Positions 51,027 to 61,117 of a DNA stretch of 64,000 bases are shown in pieces. The position numbers were made by a program, and so were the translations under genes. The DNA is from Deltaproteobacteria bacterium. Its GTDB lineage: Bacteria; Desulfobacterota_D; UBA1144; Nemesobacterales; JAJCZQ01. The notes beneath the pieces were generated by a model. That model was given only the letters and a program-made list of their open reading frames with translations, had not been told where the DNA came from and ran no database searches. Position 1 is the first letter of the stretch, and each line of letters opens with the position of its first letter. The stretch lies in the NCBI GenBank assembly GCA_029262335.1, contig JAJCZQ010000049.1, forward strand, positions 13,731 through 77,730, read 5' to 3'.

Positions 51027-54000
51027 ATGAAAAATAATAAAACCAGAAGAATAAGGCCATTTCAGAAAATACTGATTGCAAACAGGGGCGAAATTTCAAT
51101 CAGGATCCAAAGGGCATGCTCAGAACTCGGTATTACTTCAGTAGCAATATATTCAGAAGAAGACTACCTTTCCCTGCACAGAGTAAAAGCTGATGAGTCT
51201 TATCTTGTTGGTAAGAATAAAGGCCCTGTCGAGGCTTATCTCGATATTGAGGGGATTATTAATATAGCCAAGGCAAACAACGTAGATGCGATACACCCCG
51301 GTTATGGATTCCTGTCTGAAAATGCGGATTTTGTTAAGGCATGTGACAAAGCGGGGATAGTGTTCATTGGACCCAGCGCAGACCCAATTACCCTTATGGG
51401 TGATAAGGCTGAAGCCAGAAGGATTGCACAAAAAGTAAATGTACCGGTAATACCGGGAACTGAAGAGTTTGTTAAAACTGTTAAAGAAGCAAAGAAATAT
51501 GCAAAGAAAATTAAATACCCCGTCCTAGTAAAAGCGGCTTTTGGCGGCGGCGGAAGAGGGGTCAGGGTTGTATTCAACGAAAAAGAGCTTGCTGAAAACT
51601 TCAATGAAGCAAAATCCGAAGCAAAAACAGCCTTCGGAAATGATGCTCTGTTTATAGAAAAATACGTCTTAAATCCCAAACATATTGAAGTGCAGATTAT
51701 TGCAGACAGATACGGTAAAACTATCCACCTGTTTGAAAGAGACTGTTCTGTTCAGCGGAGATATCAGAAAGTTATAGAGTTTGCACCTTCGATAACTATT
51801 TCGGATAAAACAAGAAAACAGCTCTATGCTGATGCAATAAAGATAGCCGAGGGTTGTAACTACATTAATGCAGGTACTGTTGAGTTCCTGGTTGATGAAG
51901 ATGAACAGTACTATTTTATTGAGATGAACCCGAGGATCCAGGTAGAACACACTGTTACCGAACTTGTAACGGGTGTGGATATAGTCAGGGCGCAGATAAG
52001 AATAGCAGAAGGATATAAATTAACAGATAAAGCTGTGGGTATACCAAAGAACCCCAAACTGAATGGATTTGCGATACAGTGCCGGATAACTACCGAAGAT
52101 CCCAAGAACAATTTCACGCCGGATATCGGTACGATTAATGACTACAGGTCTCCTGGTGGGCTCGGTGTAAGACTGGATGCAGCAAGTGCTTTTGTGGGTG
52201 CAGCAATAACTCCTTATTACGATTCAATGCTTGTAAAACTTATGACTTTTGGAAGCGATTTTGAATCAACCCTTGGCAAGATGATAAGGGCCTTAAACGA
52301 ATTCCGAATAAGAGGCGTAAAGAACAATATTCCTTTTCTTATTAATGTTCTAAGCCACCCGGTGTTTGTAAGCGGAAAGTGCAGGACAACGTTCCTTGAT
52401 GAGTACCGCGAAGTGTTTAACATAGAAGAACGTGCTGACAATATTACAAAAATCCTTGATTTTATTGGGGATGTCATTGTAAACAGGAAATATGAAAAAC
52501 CGGTAAAGTGGAAAAAATTACCTCCTCAAAAACCGGTAATTCCAGCTGTGGATACTTCATACATTCCAATGCCGGAGCACAGGGATGTATTCCTCAAAAA
52601 AGGTGCCGAGGGCCTTTCTAAATGGATACTCCAGCAAAACAGGCAGCTTATTACAGATACAACATTCAGGGACGCACACCAGTCACTACTGGCCACAAGA
52701 ATGAGGACTTATGATATTGCCAACATAGCCTCAGAGACAGCCGTAATTGGTAAAGATATATTTTCATATGAAATGTGGGGAGGGGCCACTTTTGATGTGT
52801 CCATGAGGTTCCTTCATGAAGATCCCTGGCACAGACTTACTAAACTAAGGCAAAAAATGCCCAACAGTATGTTCCAGATGCTTCTCCGGGGATCAAATGC
52901 CGTGGGGTATAAAAACTATCCGGACAATGTTGTAGTAGAGTTTATAAACAAAGCTGCAAAATTTGGTATTGATATATTCAGGGTATTCGACTGTTTTAAC
53001 TGGATACCTAATATGAAGCTTTCTATAGAGACAGTGATTGAGACCGGCAAAGTATGTGAATCGGCAATCTGTTACTCAGGCGATATCACTGACCCTAATA
53101 AAAGTAAATACACCCTGCAGTATTACGTTGACCTGGCCGGGGAATTAAAAGAACTCGGAACACATATCATTGCCATAAAGGATATGGCCGGGCTTTGTAA
53201 GCCTTATGCAGCCGGAGAGTTAATAACTGCTATAAAAAAAGAAACCGGGCTTCCTGTACATTTTCATACTCACGCAACTAGCGGAAACGGTGAAGCCACA
53301 ATACTAAAAGCTGTTGAAGCAGGTGCAGATATAGTAGACCTTGCCATAAGCTCAATGTCCGGAACAACGGCACAGCCAAGCCTTAACGCAATAGTATCTG
53401 CCCTAAAAGGACAGGAGCGTGATACAGCTCTTGACATAGAGCAGTTAAATAAGCTGTCAGCTTACTGGGAATCAGTAAGGGAGTATTACGCCCCGTTTGA
53501 GACTGATATGAAAACCTCGAACGCAGATGTTTATGACTATGAGATACCCGGCGGGCAGTATACAAACCTCAGGGCACAGGCACAGTCCCTCGGCCTTGGT
53601 GAACAGTGGGAAGATGTAAAGAAAAAATATGCTGAAGTTAACCAGCTCTTTGGTGACATAATAAAGGTAACTCCTTCGTCAAAAGTAGTTGGTGATATGG
53701 CTCTTTATCTTACTCAGAATGGTATTGAAACTAATGAAGTCGTAGAAAAGTCAGAAGAGCTTAGTTTCCCTGTTTCTACAATAGACCTTATGAAAGGACA
53801 ACTTGGCCAGCCTCTTGGCGGGTTTCCCCCGAATGTAAGAGATGCTGTTCTTAAAGGTGAAAAGTTTATTACCAAAAGGCCCGGGGACTATATAAAAGAC
53901 GTAAACATTGATAAAGAACTCGATGATATCAGGCAAAGATATGATGAAAAACTGGTTCGAAAAGATGTAATCTCACATCTGCTTTACCCCGCAGTGTTTG

Positions 54001-54497
54001 AAGAATTTTTTAAACATCACTCGGTATACGGAGATATAAGTGTTATACCTACCGAACTTTTTTATTACGGTATGGAGCCCGGTGATGAAATTAAGATAGT
54101 AAGTGAAGATGGAAAACAGTACCTCGTAAAACTATTTGGAATTGGTGAAATTGAACATGACGGCAGGGTTCCTATGCTTTTTGAAGTTAACGGACATCCA
54201 AGGCCCACAAGGATCAAAGACCTTTCGGCAAAGACAGACGAAGTAGTACATGAAAAAGCAGACCCCGAAGTGCCGGGTGAGATCGGGTCACCACTGGCAG
54301 GGAAAATTATGAAGCTGTTTGTAAATACAGGAGATAAAATTAAAGAGGACGAGACGCTGTTTGTTATTGAAGCTATGAAGATGCAGACAAATATTAAGTC
54401 AAACTATACCGGTACTGTTGAAAAACTACCTCTTAAAGAAGGTGAGAATGTAGGGGCAGGAGATTTAGTTGTAAAGCTGGATATTACTCCTCCATAA
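51027..54497 (+). CDS. pyc: Pyruvate carboxylase (single-chain)
   Basis: 1156 aa. Biotin carboxylase N-terminus (ATP-grasp), carboxyltransferase TIM-barrel centre, C-terminal biotinyl domain with EAMKM. Confidence 0.9.
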   Translation: MKNNKTRRIRPFQKILIANRGEISIRIQRACSELGITSVAIYSEEDYLSLHRVKADESYLVGKNKGPVEAYLDIEGIINIAKANNVDAIHPGYGFLSENADFVKACDKAGIVFIGPSADPITLMGDKAEARRIAQKVNVPVIPGTEEFVKTVKEAKKYAKKIKYPVLVKAAFGGGGRGVRVVFNEKELAENFNEAKSEAKTAFGNDALFIEKYVLNPKHIEVQIIADRYGKTIHLFERDCSVQRRYQKVIEFAPSITISDKTRKQLYADAIKIAEGCNYINAGTVEFLVDEDEQYYFIEMNPRIQVEHTVTELVTGVDIVRAQIRIAEGYKLTDKAVGIPKNPKLNGFAIQCRITTEDPKNNFTPDIGTINDYRSPGGLGVRLDAASAFVGAAITPYYDSMLVKLMTFGSDFESTLGKMIRALNEFRIRGVKNNIPFLINVLSHPVFVSGKCRTTFLDEYREVFNIEERADNITKILDFIGDVIVNRKYEKPVKWKKLPPQKPVIPAVDTSYIPMPEHRDVFLKKGAEGLSKWILQQNRQLITDTTFRDAHQSLLATRMRTYDIANIASETAVIGKDIFSYEMWGGATFDVSMRFLHEDPWHRLTKLRQKMPNSMFQMLLRGSNAVGYKNYPDNVVVEFINKAAKFGIDIFRVFDCFNWIPNMKLSIETVIETGKVCESAICYSGDITDPNKSKYTLQYYVDLAGELKELGTHIIAIKDMAGLCKPYAAGELITAIKKETGLPVHFHTHATSGNGEATILKAVEAGADIVDLAISSMSGTTAQPSLNAIVSALKGQERDTALDIEQLNKLSAYWESVREYYAPFETDMKTSNADVYDYEIPGGQYTNLRAQAQSLGLGEQWEDVKKKYAEVNQLFGDIIKVTPSSKVVGDMALYLTQNGIETNEVVEKSEELSFPVSTIDLMKGQLGQPLGGFPPNVRDAVLKGEKFITKRPGDYIKDVNIDKELDDIRQRYDEKLVRKDVISHLLYPAVFEEFFKHHSVYGDISVIPTELFYYGMEPGDEIKIVSEDGKQYLVKLFGIGEIEHDGRVPMLFEVNGHPRPTRIKDLSAKTDEVVHEKADPEVPGEIGSPLAGKIMKLFVNTGDKIKEDETLFVIEAMKMQTNIKSNYTGTVEKLPLKEGENVGAGDLVVKLDITPP

Positions 54498-54804
54498 ATT
54501 CTATTGCTTCAACAAACTCGTCAGCCATGCCGGGATGGCCATGCCTTCTGGCAGCATCTATACCTTTTTTGTATGTTTCTATGGCTTTTTCAGTTTCTCC
54601 AAGTTCTATGTATGACTCCGCAAGGAGCCTGTAGCCGGAGCCCTCATCACTGTAGGTGTTTAGATAGTAAACAAGTTCATTTACGGCATTCTGATAATCT
54701 TTTATTTTAAAATACTCGTTTGCAAGTGAATATCTCACAAGTGCATTGTCAGGATTCTTTTCAAAAATCTTTTTAAATTTTTCTATTCTGTTTTCTTCAC
54801 TCAT
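54484..54804 (-). CDS. Small TPR-like repeat protein
   Basis: 106 aa with TPR-like helical repeat pattern (ALVRYSLANEYFKIKDYQNAVNEL...YRLLAESYIELGETEKAIETYKKGI). Its 3' end overlaps the pyc 3' end by 14 nt (convergent). Confidence 0.4.
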   Translation of the reverse strand: MSEENRIEKFKKIFEKNPDNALVRYSLANEYFKIKDYQNAVNELVYYLNTYSDEGSGYRLLAESYIELGETEKAIETYKKGIDAARRHGHPGMADEFVEAIEFMEE

Positions 54805-54813
54805 GGTTAATTA

Positions 54814-55458
54814 TTATTCGTAGTCAAAATATTTTGTAAAGCCCTTAATTAACTGGGCCTGTATAATCGCAACATCAACTTCATTTTGCATATTGTTCCA
54901 GCTTTTTATTGAAGTGACCGGATTGTTGTTAAGTCCGCAGGGTACTATAAGTTCAAAGTAAGAAAGGTCTGTGTTTAGATTGAGGGAAAGCCCGTGAAAT
55001 GTTACCCAGCGTTTTATCCCAACTCCTATGGAAGCAATTTTGGAGCGTTTTACAAAAACGCCGGTTAGTCCTTCAATACGCCTTGCTTCAATATCATACT
55101 CAATAAGAAGGTCTATGATTATCTGTTCAAGAGTCCTAAGGTATTTGTGCACATCTTTAAAATGGTCGTTTAAATCTATTATTGGATAACATACAATTTG
55201 TCCGGGGCCGTGATAGGTGATATCTCCCCCGCGGTTTACTTCGTAGTATTTGATATTCTTTTGTTCTAAAACTTTTTCTGAAATCAGAAGATTTTCTTTA
55301 TTGCCGTTTCTGCCGATTGTTATAGTTGGAGTATGTTCTACAAAAAGAACTGTATCGTTTATTTCGCCGCTGATTCTTTTTTCAAGATAGCTGTACTGAA
55401 TTTCAAGTGCATCCTGGTAATCCATTGTGCCGAGACGCACTACTTCAAGGGTTTTCAT
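54814..55458 (-). CDS. lipB: Lipoyl(octanoyl) transferase
   Basis: 214 aa. LipB pattern (RGGDITYHGPGQ, catalytic C in PCGL and K in KIASIG). Confidence 0.8.
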   Translation of the reverse strand: MKTLEVVRLGTMDYQDALEIQYSYLEKRISGEINDTVLFVEHTPTITIGRNGNKENLLISEKVLEQKNIKYYEVNRGGDITYHGPGQIVCYPIIDLNDHFKDVHKYLRTLEQIIIDLLIEYDIEARRIEGLTGVFVKRSKIASIGVGIKRWVTFHGLSLNLNTDLSYFELIVPCGLNNNPVTSIKSWNNMQNEVDVAIIQAQLIKGFTKYFDYE

Positions 55459-55485
55459 AGTTTGCTGTAACTATTGTAACTATTT

Positions 55486-56916
55486 TTAGAAATTACGGGT
55501 TCTGCCTAGTGCCCCAAGTGCCGCTTCCATTACAGCTTCCGAGAGAGTAGGGTGTGCGTGGGAAGTGTAGGCAATTTCAACTGGTGTTGCTTCGAGAGAA
55601 GAAGCAAGTCCAAGTTCGGCAATAAGTTCTGTTGCACCGTGTCCTATTATGTGAGAGCCGAGAATTTCGCCTGTCTTTTTATCGGATATTATCTTTACAA
55701 ACCCTTCAGTATCACCGACTGCCACAGCTTTACCGGCAGCTTTAAACGGAAACTTTCCGACATTGTATTCATAGCCTTTTTCTTTGACCTGTTTCTCGGT
55801 CATGCCGATAGTACCGACTTCAGGCTGGCAGTAAACACATCCGGGGATCTTGTTGTAATGGACCTTGCTGTTTATACCGTTCATCATTTCAACAGCTGCA
55901 ACACCTTCTTCTGATGCTTTATGTGCCAGAAGTGGCGGCCCGATTACATCGCCGATAGCATATATGTTACTGGATGTAGTCATGTAATTGTCATCGGTTT
56001 TTATAAATCCAAACTTGTCCATCTCGACACCTACGGTATCAAGGCCAAGACTGTCTCCGGTACCGTAGTAGCTGAATGAAGACGGTGCGGCATTTGCAAC
56101 CGCTTTTCTTCCAATTGCAACAAGTACCATGTCAGCTTTGAGTACTTTTTCTTTGCCGGAGGCCATGTCCTCTACAGTCACATTTGCTGATGTTTTAAGT
56201 TTTTTAATTGATTTGTATTTTGTTTTTGTAAGGATGTCCATGCCTGACTTTTTGAATATTTTGTTTAATTCTCTTGCTACTTCTTCGTCAGCACCGGGGA
56301 TTATATGGTCTTCCATTTCGACAATAGTAACTTTGCTTCCAAATGAATTATAAACATAGGCAAATTCTGCCCCTATGTATCCTCCGCCAATAATCAGTAT
56401 TGATTTGGGGATTTCCCTGTGCATTATGGCTTCGTCACTTGTCATTACGATTTTGCCGTCAATATCCAGTCCCGGAATTGTTCTTGGCACCGAACCGGTT
56501 GCTATCATAATTTTGTCAGTGTTAATCTCCAGATCATCTTTGTTGATAATTCCAACCTGAGTAGGGCTTATAATTTTTCCGGAACCCTTAAAAAGGGTGA
56601 TGTTATTTTTCTTAAAAAGGAACTCTACACCTTTATTTAATGAGTCTGAAGCATTCCTGCTTTTATCAATCACTTTGGAGTAGTCATATGAAACACCTTT
56701 TGTGGTAATCCCATAGCTGTCTGAATTTAATATATAGTTGTGTACTTCGGCACATTTAAGGATGGCTTTTGAGGGTATACAGCCCCAGTTGAGGCAGACC
56801 CCGCCGGGCTTATCTCTTTCGATTACTGCAACATTCATTCCAAGCTGTGCTGCTCTGATTGCGGATATATATCCGCCGGGTCCTGAACCAATAATAGTTA
56901 GATCGAATTTTTCCAT
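55486..56916 (-). CDS. lpd: Dihydrolipoyl dehydrogenase (E3), copy 1
   Basis: IGSGPGGY FAD motif, redox-active disulfide GGVCLNWGCIPSK, C-terminal HAHPTLSE interface motif. 476 aa. Confidence 0.9.
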   Translation of the reverse strand: MEKFDLTIIGSGPGGYISAIRAAQLGMNVAVIERDKPGGVCLNWGCIPSKAILKCAEVHNYILNSDSYGITTKGVSYDYSKVIDKSRNASDSLNKGVEFLFKKNNITLFKGSGKIISPTQVGIINKDDLEINTDKIMIATGSVPRTIPGLDIDGKIVMTSDEAIMHREIPKSILIIGGGYIGAEFAYVYNSFGSKVTIVEMEDHIIPGADEEVARELNKIFKKSGMDILTKTKYKSIKKLKTSANVTVEDMASGKEKVLKADMVLVAIGRKAVANAAPSSFSYYGTGDSLGLDTVGVEMDKFGFIKTDDNYMTTSSNIYAIGDVIGPPLLAHKASEEGVAAVEMMNGINSKVHYNKIPGCVYCQPEVGTIGMTEKQVKEKGYEYNVGKFPFKAAGKAVAVGDTEGFVKIISDKKTGEILGSHIIGHGATELIAELGLASSLEATPVEIAYTSHAHPTLSEAVMEAALGALGRTRNF

Positions 56917-57053
56917 AGCGCCGTATATTATATATATATAAGTACTCTGGTCAACTTAATCATAAATTTATTTTTGGCAGTATATTTATATAGTAATATA
57001 ATTTTATTTCACACCTGTTAGAATAAACATTAGACTATTTTAAAGAGGTATAA

Positions 57054-59735
57054 ATGTCATACGAAAAAGAAAAAGATCAGAAATCAATTGAAGATATAGA
57101 AGATAAGGAGTGGATAGAATCACTCGAAGCAGTACTTGAAAATTCAGGCCCCGAAAGGGCACAGGAAATACTTAGAAAACTACAGATATACTCACAAAAA
57201 GCCGGTATTACCGTACCATATACAGCAAATACACCTTATATAAATACAATTCCCGTTAACGAGCAGCCGCCATATCCCGGAAACCGTGAAATTGAGATCA
57301 GGATTAGAAATGTGATCCGCTGGAACGCAATGGCTATGGTCGTAAGGGCAAACAGGCTTGATGACGGTATCGGAGGACATATTTCGACATATGCTTCTTC
57401 TGCAACTCTGTTTGAAGTAGCCTTTCATCATTTTCTAAAAGCCCACAGTGAAGACCAGGTAGGGGACCAGGTCTATATACAGGGGCATGCATCCCCCGGA
57501 ATATATGCCAGGGCCTATCTTGAAGGAAGGCTTTCTCGTGAACAGATGAGGCACTACAGGAAAGAGCTCACCTTTGAAGGCGGATTATCTTCATACCCCC
57601 ATCCGTGGCTTATGCCTGATTTTTGGGAGTTCCCTACTGTATCAATGGGGCTTTCACCTCTTATGGCAATTTACCAGGCAAGGTTTAATCGCTATCTGGA
57701 AGACAGGGGCCTTATAGATAAACTGAACAATAAAGTATGGGTTTTTATGGGAGATGGTGAGACGGATGAACCTGAATCACTTGGGGCAATATCGCTCGCT
57801 TCAAGGGAAAAGCTAGACAACTTAATCTTTGTAATAAACTGCAACCTTCAAAGGCTGGACGGCCCTGTAAGGGGTAACGGTAAGATAATTCAGGAACTTG
57901 AAAGAAACTTTCGCGGTGCAGGATGGAACGTAATAAAAGTGATCTGGGGTAATGACTGGGACTCTCTTCTGGAAAAAGATGAAGACGGGCTCCTTGTGGA
58001 AAGAATGGAATCAGCTGTTGACGGAGACTACCAGAAATATGTTGTAGAAGATGGTTCATATATAAGGGAACACTTTTTTGGAACAGACCCTAAACTGCAA
58101 GAACTTGTAAAAGGTTATTCAGATGAGGAACTCGAAAAATTAAGAAGGGGCGGGCATGACACTGAAAAAATGTACGCCGCATATAAAAGAGCAGTAGAAC
58201 ATACCGGAGGGCCAACTGTAATCCTTGCCAAGACAATTAAAGGATACGGACTGGGTGAAGCCGGTGAAGGTAGAAACGTTAGTCACAACCAGAAAAAATT
58301 AAATGAAGAAGAACTCAAGGAATTCAGGACACGGTTTAATATTCCCATCTCAGATGAAGATGTTAACAAGGCTCCTTTTTACAAACCTGATGATGACAGC
58401 CCCGAAATTAAATATCTAAAAGAACAAAGACAAAAACTGGGCGGTTATATACCATCCAGGAAGGTGCTCGGAAAACCAATCAAGAGTTATGATGAAACAG
58501 TATACGAAGAGTTTTACAGCGGCTCGGGAGACAGGCCTGCTGCTACCACTATGGCATATGTAAGGCTGCTTTCTAAATTACTACGTGATAAAGAGATCGG
58601 AGATTTGATTGTGCCGATTATTCCTGACGAAGCACGTTCCTTTGGTATGGAAGCGCTCTTCAGGCAGGCAGGTATTTATTCTCATCCGGGGCAGGTATAT
58701 GAACCGGTTGATTCTGATACCTTTCTCTATTATAAAGAAGCAACAGACGGACAGATACTTGAAGAAGGGATTACGGAAGCCGGTGCATACTCATCTTTTA
58801 TTGCAGCGGGAACTGCCTATTCAACTCACGGTGTAAACACCATTCCGTTTTTTACATTTTATTCTATGTTTGGATTTCAAAGAGTCGGTGACCTGATCTG
58901 GGCCGGGTCTGATATGAAAACAAAAGGTTTTTACATTGGCTGTACTTCGGGAAGAAGTTCTTTTGCCGGCGAAGGCCTTCAGCACCAGGACGGGAACAGC
59001 CACCATTATGCATTTCCTTACCCCACTGTAATGGCATATGATCCTGCTTATGCATATGAACTTGCCGTAATTATCAAAGACGGTATAAAACGCATGTATA
59101 TGGACTATGAGGACGTTTTTTATTACATAACACTGCTTAATGAGATATATGACCAGCCTGCAATGCCAAAAGGCGTTGAGGAAGGGATTATAAAGGGGAT
59201 GTACTGCTTTAAAAGAAATACAGGAAAAGACCCGAAAAAACATGTGAACCTTTTTGGCAGCGGAGGACTTCTAAACCAGGTAATGATCGCATCCGGTATT
59301 CTTGAAAAAGATTATGGAGTATCCACTGATGTATGGAGCGTAACCAGTTATAAGGAACTGTATAAAGATGCCCAGGATGTTGAGCGGTGGAACATAATTA
59401 ATGCAGACAAAAAACCAAAAACAAACTATATACAGGAATGCTTTGGTGATGATGACGGCGGTATTTATGTGGCTGTCTGTGATTATATAAAAGCTGTGCC
59501 TGACACTGTTTCAAAATGGTTTCCAAAACATTTTGTTACTCTCGGTACTGATGGTTTCGGACGGAGTGACAACAGGGAAATGCTGAGGCATCATTTTGAA
59601 GTTGATGCAAACTTTATTGTTTATACAAGTGTAGTGGAACTTTACAGAGAAGGAATACTTGATAAGAAAGTAGTCAATAAAGCTAAAAAAGCCTGCGGTA
59701 TAGATGTGAATAAACCAAACCCAATTAATGTATAA
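57054..59735 (+). CDS. aceE: Pyruvate dehydrogenase E1 component (homodimeric type)
   Basis: 893 aa. ThDP-binding region (GDGETDEPESLGA), E. coli AceE-like length and organisation. Confidence 0.9.
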   Translation: MSYEKEKDQKSIEDIEDKEWIESLEAVLENSGPERAQEILRKLQIYSQKAGITVPYTANTPYINTIPVNEQPPYPGNREIEIRIRNVIRWNAMAMVVRANRLDDGIGGHISTYASSATLFEVAFHHFLKAHSEDQVGDQVYIQGHASPGIYARAYLEGRLSREQMRHYRKELTFEGGLSSYPHPWLMPDFWEFPTVSMGLSPLMAIYQARFNRYLEDRGLIDKLNNKVWVFMGDGETDEPESLGAISLASREKLDNLIFVINCNLQRLDGPVRGNGKIIQELERNFRGAGWNVIKVIWGNDWDSLLEKDEDGLLVERMESAVDGDYQKYVVEDGSYIREHFFGTDPKLQELVKGYSDEELEKLRRGGHDTEKMYAAYKRAVEHTGGPTVILAKTIKGYGLGEAGEGRNVSHNQKKLNEEELKEFRTRFNIPISDEDVNKAPFYKPDDDSPEIKYLKEQRQKLGGYIPSRKVLGKPIKSYDETVYEEFYSGSGDRPAATTMAYVRLLSKLLRDKEIGDLIVPIIPDEARSFGMEALFRQAGIYSHPGQVYEPVDSDTFLYYKEATDGQILEEGITEAGAYSSFIAAGTAYSTHGVNTIPFFTFYSMFGFQRVGDLIWAGSDMKTKGFYIGCTSGRSSFAGEGLQHQDGNSHHYAFPYPTVMAYDPAYAYELAVIIKDGIKRMYMDYEDVFYYITLLNEIYDQPAMPKGVEEGIIKGMYCFKRNTGKDPKKHVNLFGSGGLLNQVMIASGILEKDYGVSTDVWSVTSYKELYKDAQDVERWNIINADKKPKTNYIQECFGDDDGGIYVAVCDYIKAVPDTVSKWFPKHFVTLGTDGFGRSDNREMLRHHFEVDANFIVYTSVVELYREGILDKKVVNKAKKACGIDVNKPNPINV

Positions 59736-59746
59736 AGGAGTAATAA

Positions 59747-61117
59747 ATGAGTGATATTACACTGCCTGAACTTGGAGAAGGAATTGAAGAAGCAACAATT
59801 ATAAATGTATTTGTTTCACCAGGTGATTCCATAAAGAAAGAACAGTCTGTAATTGAGATTGAGACCGACAAAGCCGCACTTGAACTACCTTCACCCGTTG
59901 ATGGAACAATATCAGAAATTGTTGTAAATGAAGGTGATGTAATAAAAATCGGTGACCTGATAGCCAAAGTTGGAGACGGAGGAGCTCCTGCAAAAGAAAA
60001 ACCTAAAACAAAAGAAACTAAAAAAGAGAAACCACCCGAAAAGCAGGAAGAACCGGAAGCTGTAGAAGAAGAGCCCGAACCGGAAAAAGAAGATCCTGTA
60101 AAAGAAGTTAAAGCAGAAAAACCTCCTGTAAAACAAAAAGAAGCGCCTATAAAGAAAGAAGAAGACAATGTTATTTCAATGGTTATGAATGACAACAAAG
60201 TATCTGCGCCTGCTTCACCTTCAACAAGAAAACTTGCCCGCGAACTTGGTATAGATATAAATACCGTAAAAGGGACTGATCCCGGTGGAAGAATTTCTTC
60301 TGATGATGTGATCAAGCATGCCAAAAATCTTATTGCCAACTGTGAAACCACTGCAGAAACGCACAGGGGTACGTATCAGCCCAATCTTCCCGCTCTTCCG
60401 GATTTTTCAAAATGGGGTGAAATAGAAAAGGCAAAAATGGGCACAGTAAGGAGGCTTACTGCAGAAAACCTGACAATGGCCTGGACAATCCCGCATGTGA
60501 CTAACCATGACAGGGCAGATATCACGGAGCTTGACCAGCTAAGAAAGATGAATAAGCAAAAGGCTAAAGACGCTGGCGGCAACCTAACTATTACTCCAAT
60601 ACTTATAAAGATTGTTTCTTCAGCTCTAAAAGTCTTTCCTGAATTTAATGCAAGCATTGATATGGAGAGCAATGAAATTATATATAAAAAATTCGTTAAT
60701 ATAGGATTCGCTGTCGACACTGAACGCGGGCTTTTTGTACCCAATATTCAGAACGCTGATAAAAAGAACATTATTGATATCGCGGTAGAACTTTCGGATA
60801 TATCTGAAAGGACAAGAAACAAAAAGATTACGCCTGATGAACTGAAGGGAAGTACTTTTACTGTAAGTAACCTCGGGGGAATTGGCGGAACATATTTTTC
60901 CCCAATTATTTATTATCCTGATGTTGCTATTCTCGGTGTTTCCAAATCAAGCTTTGAACCTGTATACATAGACGGAAAATTTGAACCGAGGCTTATGATG
61001 CCTCTTTCACTTTCCTATGATCACAGGATAATAGACGGTGCTGCAGCAGCAAGGTTCCTTACATGGCTTGTGAAAGCCCTTGAAGAACCATTTCAAATCT
61101 TATTCGAAGGTAAATAA
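59747..61117 (+). CDS. aceF: Dihydrolipoamide acetyltransferase (E2), single lipoyl domain
   Basis: Lipoyl domain (IETDKAALELPSP), P/E/K-rich linker, peripheral subunit-binding domain (STRKLARELGIDI), catalytic domain with DHRIIDGA. Confidence 0.85.
   Translation: MSDITLPELGEGIEEATIINVFVSPGDSIKKEQSVIEIETDKAALELPSPVDGTISEIVVNEGDVIKIGDLIAKVGDGGAPAKEKPKTKETKKEKPPEKQEEPEAVEEEPEPEKEDPVKEVKAEKPPVKQKEAPIKKEEDNVISMVMNDNKVSAPASPSTRKLARELGIDINTVKGTDPGGRISSDDVIKHAKNLIANCETTAETHRGTYQPNLPALPDFSKWGEIEKAKMGTVRRLTAENLTMAWTIPHVTNHDRADITELDQLRKMNKQKAKDAGGNLTITPILIKIVSSALKVFPEFNASIDMESNEIIYKKFVNIGFAVDTERGLFVPNIQNADKKNIIDIAVELSDISERTRNKKITPDELKGSTFTVSNLGGIGGTYFSPIIYYPDVAILGVSKSSFEPVYIDGKFEPRLMMPLSLSYDHRIIDGAAAARFLTWLVKALEEPFQILFEGK

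Noticed and set aside
59912-60136. 74-aa Phe-rich minus-strand ORF
   Set aside because: It is the antisense of the AAA/GAA-rich codons of the aceF Pro/Glu/Lys linker; a low-complexity artefact.
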